From Myxococcales bacterium (lineage in GTDB: Bacteria > Myxococcota_A > Polyangia > Polyangiales > DASUME01), in NCBI GenBank assembly GCA_047601445.1, contig JASGJH010000001.1, forward strand, positions 448,001 to 512,000: a stretch of 64,000 nucleotides of DNA. The letters run 5' to 3'. The notes below the pieces were generated by a model that did not search any database, was not told where the DNA came from, and was given only the letters and a program-made list of their open reading frames with translations. Within the stretch, counting starts at the first letter, position 1. Every line of letters begins with the position of its first letter. This document shows positions 1-9,798 of this stretch, piece after piece. Position numbers and translations under genes: made by a program.

Positions 1-418
1 GGGGGCGCTCTCGGTGTTCCAGCGGGCTATCGAGCTCGATGAGCGATGCAGCGAAGGGCACTACGCGCGAGCGCTGCGCGCGCGGGCCGCCAAGGCGTTG
101 CTGGCGCGGGCGGCGACGCTTGGGCAGGGGGGGCGCCTGGTCGACGCCTGCGCGGACCTGGTCAAGGCTCGGTTTTTCGCCGGGCGTGCGCTGACCTTCG
201 CGGAGGGGGGCAACCCCGCCATGGAGCGCCGCTGCGAGAGCGAAGCTGCTCGACGCGTGAACCAGGCGCGCGCGCTCGAGCGCAGACGGGTGCCCAGCAA
301 GGGTGGTGAACCCGCGCCGCGCGACCCCAGCGCCGTCGCTCTGTACGAGCAGGCGCGGGCGCTCTCGCTCCCGGGGTCACCCGCGCACCTCGCAGCCGAT
401 CAGGCCTTGGCGCGCTAG
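1..418 (+). CDS. C-terminal part of a helical, TPR-like hypothetical protein (5' end probably outside the window)
   Basis: Frame is open from the window edge to TAG at 416-418; Ala-rich helical repeats such as AVALYEQARAL. Confidence 0.55.
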   Translation, partial: GALSVFQRAIELDERCSEGHYARALRARAAKALLARAATLGQGGRLVDACADLVKARFFAGRALTFAEGGNPAMERRCESEAARRVNQARALERRRVPSKGGEPAPRDPSAVALYEQARALSLPGSPAHLAADQALAR

Positions 419-487
419 GGGATCTCCCGCCTTCCGGTGCGCGTCGGCGCGCGGATGTCCGTCGCAGGCAGTCAGGCCTTGGCCTGT

Positions 488-880
488 TCAGCGGCTCTTC
501 TGCAGCAGGGACTCGATGCGGGCATCGAGGTCTTCGAATTCGAACGGCTTGTCGATGAAGGCATCCGCGCCGTAGAGGGGCGAGGTCATCTCGTTGAGGC
601 GCTCGCCGATACCCGTCAGCATGATCACGCGGGTGTGGGCAAGCGTCGCGTCGTCGCGGATGGAGCGGCAGACTTCCCAGCCGCTCATGCCGGGCATCAT
701 GACGTCCAGAACCACCAGGTCAGGCTTCTTTTCCCGTGCGAGTTTGAGGGCTTCCTCACCGTCGGAGGCCTGGTGGATCTCGGAAGCGCGTCCCTTCAGG
801 TGACCGACCACGAGCGCGAGAATGTCGACGTCGTCGTCGGCGACCAAGATCGAGAGCTTTTCCGGGGCCTTCTTCGCCAT
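488..880 (-). CDS. Stand-alone response regulator receiver (CheY-like)
   Basis: ILVADDD, LDVMMPGMSG (phospho-acceptor Asp), MLTG, KPF; GGAGG SD upstream. Confidence 0.93.
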   Translation of the reverse strand: MAKKAPEKLSILVADDDVDILALVVGHLKGRASEIHQASDGEEALKLAREKKPDLVVLDVMMPGMSGWEVCRSIRDDATLAHTRVIMLTGIGERLNEMTSPLYGADAFIDKPFEFEDLDARIESLLQKSR

Positions 881-955
881 CCACGTATCCTCCAGCGCGC
901 CGCTTCAGCGCGCGCCCCGTTTGTAGCACAAGCGCCACCGCGGAAGACGGGGGCG

Positions 956-1732
956 TCAGATTTCTCCGACCTCGCTCGCCAGCAGGTAACCCTCGTTGGG
1001 ACCGCTCTGAACACGCACGTAGCTGCCATCTCGGGAGAGGATGCGCGCGGGGGTTCCCTCTGCCAGCTCGGATTTCGCAGCTGCGTTGGCGTCCGGACCT
1101 TCCCGAAGTGTGGCGGCTGGTGCGATGACGATCGCCTTCGCCTCGGAGCGGCCCCAATCGAGGCGCGTACCGAGACCCAGACCGGCCAGCGCGAGCAGCA
1201 ACGAGGCCGCCGCCGCGCCGATGCCGAGCGCGAGTCGCGTCCCTTCCGAGCGCACCCTGAGCAGCGAAAGCCCGCACAGGCTCATGAGCCAGGTGCCCAG
1301 GAGAAGCGTCCACGCGAGCGTGTCCGTGGTCAGCCGTGAAAACAGCGCTTCCGCGAGCGGCGGTCGATCCGCCACGATGGCTTCCCCGGTGAGCTGCGCA
1401 GTGCGCTCGGCGAGCGCGGTACGCGTCTCGGAGAGCGCCTTCTCCACGGCGGCATCCCCCGGCCGCAGGCGCGAGCTGCGCTCGAAGTAGCGGATCGCTT
1501 GGCCGTATTGGCCGAGGCTCCCATAGGCGATCGCGAGATTGAAGCTCACATCGGGGTCCTCCACGCCTGCACCCACGACGCGCTCGTACTCCGAGATGGC
1601 GTCACGGAAGCGTCCTTCGGCGTAGGCGCGGTTGCCGCGTGCAAAGCTGGCAGACAACGAGTCGGCGCGTCCAACGGAGGACAGCGCGGACAGGGCGAAC
1701 ACGGCCAGCACGGCGAGCCAACGCGATTTCAT
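956..1732 (-). CDS. batE: BatE-like TPR + TM + SH3 protein
   Basis: Signal peptide MKSRWLAVLAV, TPRs (FARGNRAYAEGRF, FNLAIAY), two TM helices, SH3-like LREGP; ATG at 1732 overlaps the batD stop (ATGA). Confidence 0.8.
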   Translation of the reverse strand: MKSRWLAVLAVFALSALSSVGRADSLSASFARGNRAYAEGRFRDAISEYERVVGAGVEDPDVSFNLAIAYGSLGQYGQAIRYFERSSRLRPGDAAVEKALSETRTALAERTAQLTGEAIVADRPPLAEALFSRLTTDTLAWTLLLGTWLMSLCGLSLLRVRSEGTRLALGIGAAAASLLLALAGLGLGTRLDWGRSEAKAIVIAPAATLREGPDANAAAKSELAEGTPARILSRDGSYVRVQSGPNEGYLLASEVGEI

Positions 1733-3648
1733 CGTTCCCCCCGCGGGCTGAAGCGCTGCAGCTCCGGCAACAGGCTGCTGCTCTTGCCGATCCACTGTTC
1801 GAGCTCCGCGCTGCTCTGGGGCGCGGGTGCGAAGCGCGCCTGGTCGAGTTGCTCCAGCGTCTCGATGAGCTTGCCGGCCAGCGCCGCGGCCATGCCGCGC
1901 TGCTCCAGATGGCCGCGCAGTGCCTTGCGCGTGAGGCCGCCGATGGGCTCTGCGAGCTGAGCTTCCAGTGCGCCCTTCAAGGTTTGCGTCAGCGCCGCGA
2001 ACACGGTCTGAGCATCGCCTGCTTTGGCGGCGCTGCGCGCGCGCTCGAGATGTCCACTGGCGGCCTTGAATGCCTGTTCCTTGCTATGCGCGCCTGGCTT
2101 ACGGGCGGTCCAGCGGCGCAGGCCCCACTGACCAGCCAGCGCCGCGCCCAGGGCCACGGGAGCTGCGAGCAGGGTCCACCAGAACCAGGGCTCTGTGTGC
2201 AGCGGACGCTCGGCGCGCAACAGGGCGCTCTGGGGCCGGGCAGGCCCGTAACTCGGGAGGTTCTCGCCGGCAGCTCCGGTGCTCGTGGCTGCGCCGGTCG
2301 CTGCTGCACCCGCATTCGCAGGGTTGGCGCCAGCGGTCGCGCCGGGTACGGCCGCGAGCGCGGTACCCGTCACGTCCAGGGGAAGCTCCGGTGAGCGCAC
2401 CGGTGCGTAGATGCCCGTGCGCGGATCGAGCACGTCCACGCTGAACGGCGCCACGCGATGGGAACCGGGCTCGCGTGGCAGCAAGAGCCAGCGGAACACG
2501 CGCTCTCCGCCCACCTGATCGAGGTCGGTCGTCACCTGATCATCGATCTCGGGTGGCAGCACCTCCACGCCGGCCACCACGGGATCGGGAAGCTTCAGCG
2601 CGCGCAGGTTGCCCTGACCCCTGGCCACCACACGCAGCGTGACGGCGTCGCCCACTTTGGCCCGCGGCGGATCGAGGCTGGCTTCGAGGGTCAGCTGGCC
2701 CACGTGAACCGGGAGCTTGGCGTTGGCGCGAGTGGGGAGCTCCGCGGCCTCGATGGTGACCGGCACGCCGTTGCGTCGCACGGGCTGGCTCGGGCCGGAG
2801 AAGATATCGAACACCGAACTGATGCCGCTGGTTTCCACGGCCGGCGGACCGATCTGCAGCTTGCCCGCGCGCATCGGGAAGGCCGCGTAGCGGCGCAGTA
2901 CATAGGCGCTGAACACGCGCCCGTTGATCTCCTGTCGCGTGGCCGAGAGCGAACGCTGCGGGGGCAACAGATCCTGGGTCCAAAACCCTTCGTTGGTGGG
3001 CTCGCGCGACACGGACGGCGTCTCGTGCAGTCCACCGCGGACGTAGAGGTAGATGGTCACCGTGACCTGCTCCCCCACGTAGGCGCGATGTCGATCGACG
3101 GCCGTGCGCACGAACATCTCCGGATCGAAGCGCGCCCCGTCGAGCGGGTTGCCAGCGTTGCCGGCCTGGAGGTCGGGGCTTGGCTGAGCGCCCGGCGCGA
3201 CGCCGGCGTTGGGGTCACCCGGCGCAGCGCTCGCTGTGACCTCGATGGTCAGCGGACGACTTGCGTACTTGCGTCCACCCACGGTGATCACGGCCGGCTG
3301 GATCACGTAGCGTCCCGGGTTCAACCCGCGCAGCGTGAAGCTGTAGATGAGCTGCGATTGCATGCGGGCCTGCTGCCCGCCGCCGAACCCGAAGCTGAAC
3401 GAGAAGGGCCGCGAGACGCGCCGCCCCAAGACCTCGAAGTGATCGAACTCCGGTAAGTCGATCTCGGTGTCGTCGTCGCTGCTGCCAGAGAGTTCCGCCC
3501 GCACCTCCACCGCGAAGGGCTCGCCAGCCTGCACCCGCGTGGAGCTGGCGCTCATCGACAAGCGCACGCTGTCCGCACGGGCGCCCGCGGCCGAGAACCA
3601 GCACCACAGCGCGAGCGTCAGAGTGAGAGCCAGCGAGCGCACGCTCAC
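1729..3648 (-). CDS. batD: BatD family protein
   Basis: Signal peptide, repeated beta domains (YVGEQVTVTIYLY, KVGDAVTLRV..G.GNL), C-terminal TM; position in bat operon. Confidence 0.85.
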   Translation of the reverse strand: MSVRSLALTLTLALWCWFSAAGARADSVRLSMSASSTRVQAGEPFAVEVRAELSGSSDDDTEIDLPEFDHFEVLGRRVSRPFSFSFGFGGGQQARMQSQLIYSFTLRGLNPGRYVIQPAVITVGGRKYASRPLTIEVTASAAPGDPNAGVAPGAQPSPDLQAGNAGNPLDGARFDPEMFVRTAVDRHRAYVGEQVTVTIYLYVRGGLHETPSVSREPTNEGFWTQDLLPPQRSLSATRQEINGRVFSAYVLRRYAAFPMRAGKLQIGPPAVETSGISSVFDIFSGPSQPVRRNGVPVTIEAAELPTRANAKLPVHVGQLTLEASLDPPRAKVGDAVTLRVVARGQGNLRALKLPDPVVAGVEVLPPEIDDQVTTDLDQVGGERVFRWLLLPREPGSHRVAPFSVDVLDPRTGIYAPVRSPELPLDVTGTALAAVPGATAGANPANAGAAATGAATSTGAAGENLPSYGPARPQSALLRAERPLHTEPWFWWTLLAAPVALGAALAGQWGLRRWTARKPGAHSKEQAFKAASGHLERARSAAKAGDAQTVFAALTQTLKGALEAQLAEPIGGLTRKALRGHLEQRGMAAALAGKLIETLEQLDQARFAPAPQSSAELEQWIGKSSSLLPELQRFSPRGER

Positions 3649-4601
3649 CAGTCCTTCTCGATGCGCTGGGGTCGCTGCCGCGCGCGGGCGCGAGCCCGCT
3701 GCTTCTGGAGGTTGTCGTCGCTCTCCGAGAGGGCGTCGAGCGCGCGCTGCATGTGCTCGGGTAGCGCCTTCTGACCGGGACGCTCCTGCGGTTCCTGGGG
3801 CTGAGGCTGCTGCTCGGGGGCTTGTTGCTGCTCGGGCGCCTTCGCTTGGTCCTGACCCGCCTTGTCCTTGGACTCAGGCTTCTGTTGGTCGCCGCCCTTG
3901 GGCTCCTGGTCCTTCGGTTCGGGTTGCGCCTTGTTCTGGTCGTTCTGGTCGTTCGGCTTCTGCTGATCCTGGTTCTGCTGATCCTGATTCTGCTGATCCT
4001 GGTTCTGCTGATCCTGGTTCTGCTGATCCTGGTTCTGCTGCTGGTCCTTTTGCTCCTGGTCCTTCTTCTCTTGCTCCTGCTGCTGCTTCTTCTGTTCCAG
4101 GTCGACCAGTCGTCGCTTGGCGAGCTCCAGGTTCCAGGCCGCGTCGTGGTTCTTGGGCACGTTGCGCAGGGAGCTTTTGAAGGCGTCCACGGATTCCGTG
4201 AGAGCCTTCTGGGCCTCCTCGAGCTTTTCTTCCTTGGCCAGCGTGTCGGCCTCGCGCAGGAACGTGAGACCCAGGTTGTAGTTGGCCTTGCCGCGCAGCT
4301 CCGGGCTGGCCTGTCCCTGGCTGGCCGCGCGGAACGCATCGCGCGCCTCGGGCAGCTTGCCCGCGCCGAGCAAGCCGAGGCCCTTGTTGAGCATCAGGCC
4401 GGGATCGTTCGGCAGTGCGCGCTGGGCCGCCTCGTAGGCCTGGGTAGCCTCGTCGGCCTTCCCCTTCTCGAGTAGTTCGTTACCGCGCCGAGCGTCCTGG
4501 TTCTCCGAGCGAAACCATTCCCAGGCCTGGGCACGATTCGGCACCAGGCTGCCCAGGGCGAACAGCGCGAAACACGCGAGGCTGACCAGCGCGCGAATCA
4601 T
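3645..4601 (-). CDS. batC: BatC-like TPR protein with Q/D-rich tail
   Basis: Start MIRALVSLAC at 4601 overlaps the batB stop (ATGA); TPRs (ANYNLG, AAWNLELA), Q-rich linker, terminal EKDW. Confidence 0.82.
   Translation of the reverse strand: MIRALVSLACFALFALGSLVPNRAQAWEWFRSENQDARRGNELLEKGKADEATQAYEAAQRALPNDPGLMLNKGLGLLGAGKLPEARDAFRAASQGQASPELRGKANYNLGLTFLREADTLAKEEKLEEAQKALTESVDAFKSSLRNVPKNHDAAWNLELAKRRLVDLEQKKQQQEQEKKDQEQKDQQQNQDQQNQDQQNQDQQNQDQQNQDQQKPNDQNDQNKAQPEPKDQEPKGGDQQKPESKDKAGQDQAKAPEQQQAPEQQPQPQEPQERPGQKALPEHMQRALDALSESDDNLQKQRARARARQRPQRIEKDW
3958..4040. repeat. 15-bp tandem repeat (TTCTGCTGATCCTGG, about 5.5 copies) encoding (QNQDQ)n in BatC
   Basis: Read directly; one substitution in copy 2. 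Confidence 0.92.
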
Positions 4602-5662
4602 GCGACACCTCGTGACTTTCGACGTAGCCACGCCTCGGGCAAGAGCGCCTCCAACAGCAACAACAGGAACGCGGGTACCAGGGCTAGCGCATAGCGATCT
4701 TCCGCGATGCTCACGCGCCGGGCCTTGTGCTCGGCCTGCTTCATGCCGCGCATCAGCGTGCGGATCTCGTCGATGCCCACGGTGCCCTCCCGGGCTCGAA
4801 AATACTTGCCCTGGCCGACTTGCGCGATCTGTCGCAGCTGGGCCTCGTTTTGATCGCTGAGCGCGCTGAGGATGGGGTTGCCCTTGTCGTCGCGCAGGTA
4901 GCCGGTCCAGGTTCCGTCCGGGGCATAGGTGGGGATGGGTTCGCCGGTCTTCGATCCGATTCCCACCACGAACACCTTCACGCCCTGCTCGTGCAGCGCT
5001 TGCGCGGCCGCCACGGGGTCGCCTTCGTGGTCCTCGCCATCGGTCAAGAGGATCACCGCTTGGTCGGGTCGCTCGGCTCTCTCTTCGAGGTTCTTGGGCT
5101 CGGCGCCGCGGGCCCGCTCGAGCAGGCGCTTGCTGGCCGTGAGCGCGCGTCCGATGGCGGTGCCGCCCACCGGCATGTCGTAGGGGCCCAGGTCGCGCAA
5201 GAAGGTGTCGATGGCCGCGTAGTCCGTGGTCATCGGGAACTCCATCGTGTCGCCAGCGAAGGCCACCACGCCCACGCGGTCGCCGGTGAGCTCCGCGAAG
5301 AAGCGCGTCAGCTCGGCCTTGGCGCGCTCGATGCGGCTCGGTCGCACGTCCTTGGCCAACATGCTCTTGGAGAAGTCCAGCGCCACGATCACGTCGATAC
5401 CGCGCTTCTTGAGCACACGGGTCTGGCTGCCGTACTGCGGGCCCGCCCAGGCCAGCACCAGGAACAGGCTCCCCAGCGTGAGCAGCACGCCGCGCAACGC
5501 GCGCAGGCGAGGGGAGCGGCCCACGGTGAGGTTGAGCACCAGGTTCGGATCGCCAAAGGCGCGCACCGCGCGCGTGCGGGCGCGATAGCCGTAGGCCAGC
5601 AGCAGTCCGACCAGCGGCACCGAGAGCAGAAACCACAGCACCCAGGGCAGGCGGAAGCTCAT
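4598..5662 (-). CDS. batB: BatB-like VWA domain protein
   Basis: N-terminal TMs, MIDAS DFSKSM, GGTAIG, LTDGEDH. Confidence 0.88.
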   Translation of the reverse strand: MSFRLPWVLWFLLSVPLVGLLLAYGYRARTRAVRAFGDPNLVLNLTVGRSPRLRALRGVLLTLGSLFLVLAWAGPQYGSQTRVLKKRGIDVIVALDFSKSMLAKDVRPSRIERAKAELTRFFAELTGDRVGVVAFAGDTMEFPMTTDYAAIDTFLRDLGPYDMPVGGTAIGRALTASKRLLERARGAEPKNLEERAERPDQAVILLTDGEDHEGDPVAAAQALHEQGVKVFVVGIGSKTGEPIPTYAPDGTWTGYLRDDKGNPILSALSDQNEAQLRQIAQVGQGKYFRAREGTVGIDEIRTLMRGMKQAEHKARRVSIAEDRYALALVPAFLLLLLEALLPEAWLRRKSRGVA

Positions 5663-6774
5663 GGGAACCTCCGGAACACGGTGGTCGAGAGCAGCACCTC
5701 GAGCAAGAGCAGCAGCACGGCGGGCCCCAAGAAGGCAGGGAACAGTTCGCCGAACACCGCGCCCGCGTCCTCCACCTCGGTCTTTTCGAGGCGATCCAGG
5801 ATGGCGTGGAAGCTGCGCTCGAGCCCTTTGCGGTCGCTGGCCAGGAACGACTCGCCGCCAGTGGCGGTGGACATGCGCTTGAGCAGCTCGGGATTGACCG
5901 GGAAACTGCCGGTGCTGAGCATCGGGCGCCCGAACAGGTCCACGCCGCGCTGCACGGGTGCGTCGTCCGAGACGCCCATCAGTACCGTGTAGAGCTTCAC
6001 CCCCAGGTGCTTCGCGAAATCGGCCGCTTCATCGGGAGAGATGTTGCCTGCGTTGGAGTCGCCGTCCGTGAGCACGATCATGACCTTGCTCTTGGCGTGG
6101 GAGTTCTTGAGCCGGTTGAGCGACACACCGACCGCGTTGCCGATGGCGGTGCCGCGCCCCTCGATCATCCCGAGCTCGAGATCGTCGATGGACGCGCGCA
6201 GCATCTCCTTGTCGGTGGTGAGGGGCATCAAGGTGTAGGCATCGCGCCCGAAGACCACGGCGCCGATGCGATTGTTGGGACGGCGCGAGATGAACTCGTC
6301 GACCACGGCCTGCGTCGCCACGAAGCGGTTCGGCGTGATGTCCGAGGCCTGCATGGAGAGCGAGAGGTCGAGCGTGAGCATGATGTCGATGCCGTCGAAC
6401 TCGCTGCGGTTCTTGGCGTGGATGCTCTGGGGCGCCATCAGGCCGAGCGTGCACAGCAGCAGCGTGCTCACGCGCAGGCCCAGGAGCAGTGGTCGCAAGC
6501 GTGCCTTGAGTCCCACGGGCATGGCCTGAAGATCGAAGCCCCGCGACATGAGGATGCGCGGGGAGCGCTTCTTGTCCCAGTAGCCACGCGTGACGATCAC
6601 GCCCAGCACCAACAGTCCGAGCAGCCCTGCCCACGGGCGCGCGAAGCGAATGGCGTTGGACGAGAGCGGCACACCGTAGAAGTCCGTCAGCGTGAACGCC
6701 ACCACGGTGAGGGCGGGCATGAGCACCACCAGCACGAACCCGAAGGGCGCCAGCGCGGCGAGGATCCGCCTCAT
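5659..6774 (-). CDS. batA: BatA-like VWA domain protein
   Basis: GIDIMLTLDLSLSM MIDAS, GTAIGNA, LTDGDSNAG. Confidence 0.88.
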   Translation of the reverse strand: MRRILAALAPFGFVLVVLMPALTVVAFTLTDFYGVPLSSNAIRFARPWAGLLGLLVLGVIVTRGYWDKKRSPRILMSRGFDLQAMPVGLKARLRPLLLGLRVSTLLLCTLGLMAPQSIHAKNRSEFDGIDIMLTLDLSLSMQASDITPNRFVATQAVVDEFISRRPNNRIGAVVFGRDAYTLMPLTTDKEMLRASIDDLELGMIEGRGTAIGNAVGVSLNRLKNSHAKSKVMIVLTDGDSNAGNISPDEAADFAKHLGVKLYTVLMGVSDDAPVQRGVDLFGRPMLSTGSFPVNPELLKRMSTATGGESFLASDRKGLERSFHAILDRLEKTEVEDAGAVFGELFPAFLGPAVLLLLLEVLLSTTVFRRFP

Positions 6775-7796
6775 GACTTCGCTCCGGCGGGCTTCTCGGG
6801 CTCAGGCAGCGGTGTGGTCGCGCGGATCAGCCCCACGGCGCCGTTCCAGAGGTCGTCGCACTGCTCGAGGTCGGGCGTGGCGCGCGCGAACTTCACCAGG
6901 TCGCACTGCTCGAGCAAAAGCGAAACACCCGACAGTGAGAGCTTATGGGGACGGATGCGCTCGAGGGTGCTCAGGATCTCGTCGGTGGTGCTCTCGAGGC
7001 CCTCGAAGCCGAAACGTCGACCCAGGTACTCGCGCAGCGCGTCGCTCACGCCGTCCACGAACTCCCCGCCGCGGTCCTCTGCCAAGAGCGTGGCCTTGCG
7101 CGCGTCGAGCTCGGCCAACTTGCTCAAAGCAACGTCCCAGGCGGGCCGCTCGGGTGGGGGAGGGGGCAAGGACTTGGGGCGGCGCGCGAGCCAACGCTGG
7201 ACCAGGAGCGTGAGCGCGGCGATGGCAGCGATGCCGACGATGCCGAGCGCGACGTAGGCGAGCGTGTAGTCGTCCTCGATGACCTGGACCGGCTTGGTGG
7301 GCGGCTTGGGCTCTGCGTTGGGCTCGTTGGCGATCAACGAGCGCACCGAAACCGACTGTGGGGCCGTCTTGACCTCCGCCAGGCTGCCGTCGTCGCCCAC
7401 CACGCGCAGCGTGAGCCCAGGGATGGAGAGCTCGCCGGGCTCGAGTGCGATCAGATCGAGCTCGAACACGTAGCGCTGCTCGTCGCCCGCCGGCTCCACG
7501 TGGCTCTTGCGCGTCAGCGATTCGAAGGGCGCGAGGGGCTGCTCGGGCACCGAGATCTGCACGCCCTTCTTCACGAGCGCTTCGATTTTGAGCGTGATCG
7601 GATCGCCCACGGCAACGCCGCGGTTGGGCGTGACGGACACCAGGGTACGCGGCTTCAGGTGCGCTGGAACCTCGGCAGGCGCAGGCGCAGCAGCAGGGCT
7701 CGGCTCGGGGCGACCCGCGTCGACGCCCTCGGCCGCCACGGAGAGCGGCAGCATCGCAGCGAGCCACAGCGAAGCGCCCAGGACCGCGCGTCTCAT
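6771..7796 (-). CDS. Conserved bat-operon membrane protein (BatD-like beta domain, TM, helical domain)
   Basis: Signal peptide, VGDPITL, TM, LREYLGRRFG..LESTTDE, DLVKFA; sits between DUF58 and batA. Confidence 0.78.
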   Translation of the reverse strand: MRRAVLGASLWLAAMLPLSVAAEGVDAGRPEPSPAAAPAPAEVPAHLKPRTLVSVTPNRGVAVGDPITLKIEALVKKGVQISVPEQPLAPFESLTRKSHVEPAGDEQRYVFELDLIALEPGELSIPGLTLRVVGDDGSLAEVKTAPQSVSVRSLIANEPNAEPKPPTKPVQVIEDDYTLAYVALGIVGIAAIAALTLLVQRWLARRPKSLPPPPPERPAWDVALSKLAELDARKATLLAEDRGGEFVDGVSDALREYLGRRFGFEGLESTTDEILSTLERIRPHKLSLSGVSLLLEQCDLVKFARATPDLEQCDDLWNGAVGLIRATTPLPEPEKPAGAKS

Positions 7797-8680
7797 CCGT
7801 AGCCCCGCTGGCGCTTCTGGCGCAGTCGAAACAGGTTTGCGATCGGCTCCACGTAGGGCCGATCCGTGCGGATGGTGACCGCGTCGAGCTTCAGCTTCTT
7901 GAACATCTGCTCGCGCCGGGCGCGTTCCTTGGCGATGCGCAGGCGAAAGGCTTCGCGCACCGCGCTCGAGCCGGTGTCCACTTCGATGAGCTCACCCGTC
8001 TCCAGGTCTTCGAACAGGGCCAGTCCCACGTCAGGCAGCTCCTCTTCACGTGGGTCGACGATCTGAATCGGAATCACGTCGTGGCGACGTCCGGCAATGC
8101 GCAACGCGTGCTCGTAATCGTGGGCCAAGAAATCGCTCACCACGAAGGCCACCGAGCGGCGCTTGGACACATTGCCGAGCAGTCGCAGCGCTTGCTCCAG
8201 ATCCGTACCCTGGCGCTCCGGGCGGGCCTCCAGAATCTCGGTCACTACGTGCAGCACGTGACCCTTGCCCTTCTTGGGCGGGATCATCTTCTCCACGCGA
8301 TCGGTGAACAGAATCAGGCCCACGCGGTCGTTGTTCTTGATGGCGCTGAAGGCCAGCAGCGCCGCAACCTCGGCGGTGGTCTCCACCTTCGGCCTCGCCA
8401 CCGAGCCGAAGCGCTGGCTAGCGGACAGATCCACCAGCAGCATCACGGTCATCTCGCGCTCTTCGGTGAAGAGCTTGACGAAGGTCTCGTTGAAGCGCGC
8501 GCTGACGTTCCAGTCGATGAAGCGCACGTCGTCGCCGGGCTGATATTGCCGCACTTCGCTGAACGTCATGCCCCGGCCCTTGAAGACCGAGTGGTAGCTG
8601 CCCGCGAGCTGGTCGTTGGCGAGACGCGCGGTGCGAATCTCGATTTTGCGCAGCTTCTTGAGCGTCTCTCGCGAGATCAC
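7793..8680 (-). CDS. DUF58 family protein (MoxR-associated, VWA-like)
   Basis: FKGRGMTFSEVRQYQPGDDVRFIDWNVSAR signature. Confidence 0.93.
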   Translation of the reverse strand: MISRETLKKLRKIEIRTARLANDQLAGSYHSVFKGRGMTFSEVRQYQPGDDVRFIDWNVSARFNETFVKLFTEEREMTVMLLVDLSASQRFGSVARPKVETTAEVAALLAFSAIKNNDRVGLILFTDRVEKMIPPKKGKGHVLHVVTEILEARPERQGTDLEQALRLLGNVSKRRSVAFVVSDFLAHDYEHALRIAGRRHDVIPIQIVDPREEELPDVGLALFEDLETGELIEVDTGSSAVREAFRLRIAKERARREQMFKKLKLDAVTIRTDRPYVEPIANLFRLRQKRQRGYG

Positions 8681-8690
8681 GCTCTACCTC

Positions 8691-9710
8691 TCAAGGCACT
8701 TCGACGACTTCGAAGATGCGTCGCACGATTTGGTCGGTGGAGATGTCTTCGGCTTCCGCCTCGTAGGTGCGGATCATGCGGTGACGCAGCACGTCCGGGC
8801 CGACCGCTTTCACGTCCTCGGGCGTGACATAGCCGCGGTGCCGCAAGAACGCGTGGGCGCGCGCCGCCACGTTGAGCGCGATGGACGCACGCGGCGAGGC
8901 GCCGTGGGCCACCATGTCTTTCATGTCGTGCAGGTTGACCTTGGAGGGATCGCGCGTCGCGAGCACCACGCTCAAGATGTAGTCCTTGATGCGCTCGTCC
9001 ACGTAGACCTGGCCGATGATGCTGCGCGCCTCGAGCAGCTTCTGTGGATCGACCTGAGGGGTGATCGGGGTGCCTTCCTTGGCTGGCGCGTTCGGCCCGC
9101 CCAACACGGCGTCGCTCATGCGCTCCATGATGCGTCGCTCCTCGTCGCGCGTCGGGTACTCCACCTGGACGTGCAGCATGAAGCGGTCGAGCTGCGCCTC
9201 CGGTAGCGGATAGGTGCCCTCCTGCTCGAGCGGGTTCTGGGTGGCCATCACCATGAAGGGGCGTGGCAGCGCGTAGGTCGTGTCGCCGATGGTGACCTGC
9301 AGCTCCTGCATTGCCTCGAGCAGGGCGCTCTGGACCTTGGCGGGTGCACGGTTGATTTCGTCAGCCAGCACGAGGTTCGCGAAGATGGGGCCCGGCTTGG
9401 CGTAGAACTCACCTTTTTGCTGGTTGTAGATGACCGTGCCGACCACGTCGGCGGGCAGCAGGTCCGGGGTGAACTGCACGCGCGAGAACTGGGCGGACAC
9501 GGCTTCGCACACGCTCTTCACGGTCAGCGTCTTGGCCAGGCCAGGCACGCCTTCGAGCAGCACGTGACCGCCCGTGAGCAGGCCGATCAAAATGCGCTCG
9601 ACCATGTCCTTCTGGCCGACGATCACCTTGCCGATCTCGTGGAAGATTCCGTCCACGAAGGCACTTTCCTTTTGCACCAGCTCGTTGATCGCCCGGACGT
9701 CGTTGTACAT
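8691..9710 (-). CDS. moxR: MoxR family AAA+ ATPase
   Basis: Walker A GVPGLAKT, QFTPDLLPAD, DEINRAP, TQNPLEQEGTYPLPEAQLDRF; start placed at MYNDV (9710). Confidence 0.93.
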   Translation of the reverse strand: MYNDVRAINELVQKESAFVDGIFHEIGKVIVGQKDMVERILIGLLTGGHVLLEGVPGLAKTLTVKSVCEAVSAQFSRVQFTPDLLPADVVGTVIYNQQKGEFYAKPGPIFANLVLADEINRAPAKVQSALLEAMQELQVTIGDTTYALPRPFMVMATQNPLEQEGTYPLPEAQLDRFMLHVQVEYPTRDEERRIMERMSDAVLGGPNAPAKEGTPITPQVDPQKLLEARSIIGQVYVDERIKDYILSVVLATRDPSKVNLHDMKDMVAHGASPRASIALNVAARAHAFLRHRGYVTPEDVKAVGPDVLRHRMIRTYEAEAEDISTDQIVRRIFEVVEVP

Positions 9711-9769
9711 GCGGCTTCCCGTCGTGATCGGGCATCTGGGGCAACCCCGAACCCGAAAAACCTGAGCGC

Positions 9770-9798
9770 GATCTAGGCGCTCCGAGGCGCCCCTGCAA
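9770..9798 (-). promoter_or_regulatory. Candidate sigma70-type promoter of the moxR-bat operon
   Basis: Minus strand TTGCAG-N17-TAGATC, about 60 nt upstream of the moxR ATG. Confidence 0.4.

Noticed and set aside
3958..4040. Repeat as a possible CRISPR array
   Set aside because: Contiguous 15-bp units without spacers, in frame within batC; no cas genes in the window.
3822..4475. Poly-Leu/Val 'membrane protein' ORF on the plus strand
   Set aside because: It is the antisense reading of the Q/D/K-rich BatC repeat.
4602..5636. Long N-terminal extensions in the ORF track (batC from 5636, moxR from 10064, ftsW from 38327, ftsI from 31064, pyrB from 17354)
   Set aside because: Most overlap upstream genes; shorter starts fit SD sites, ATGA coupling or family N-termini.
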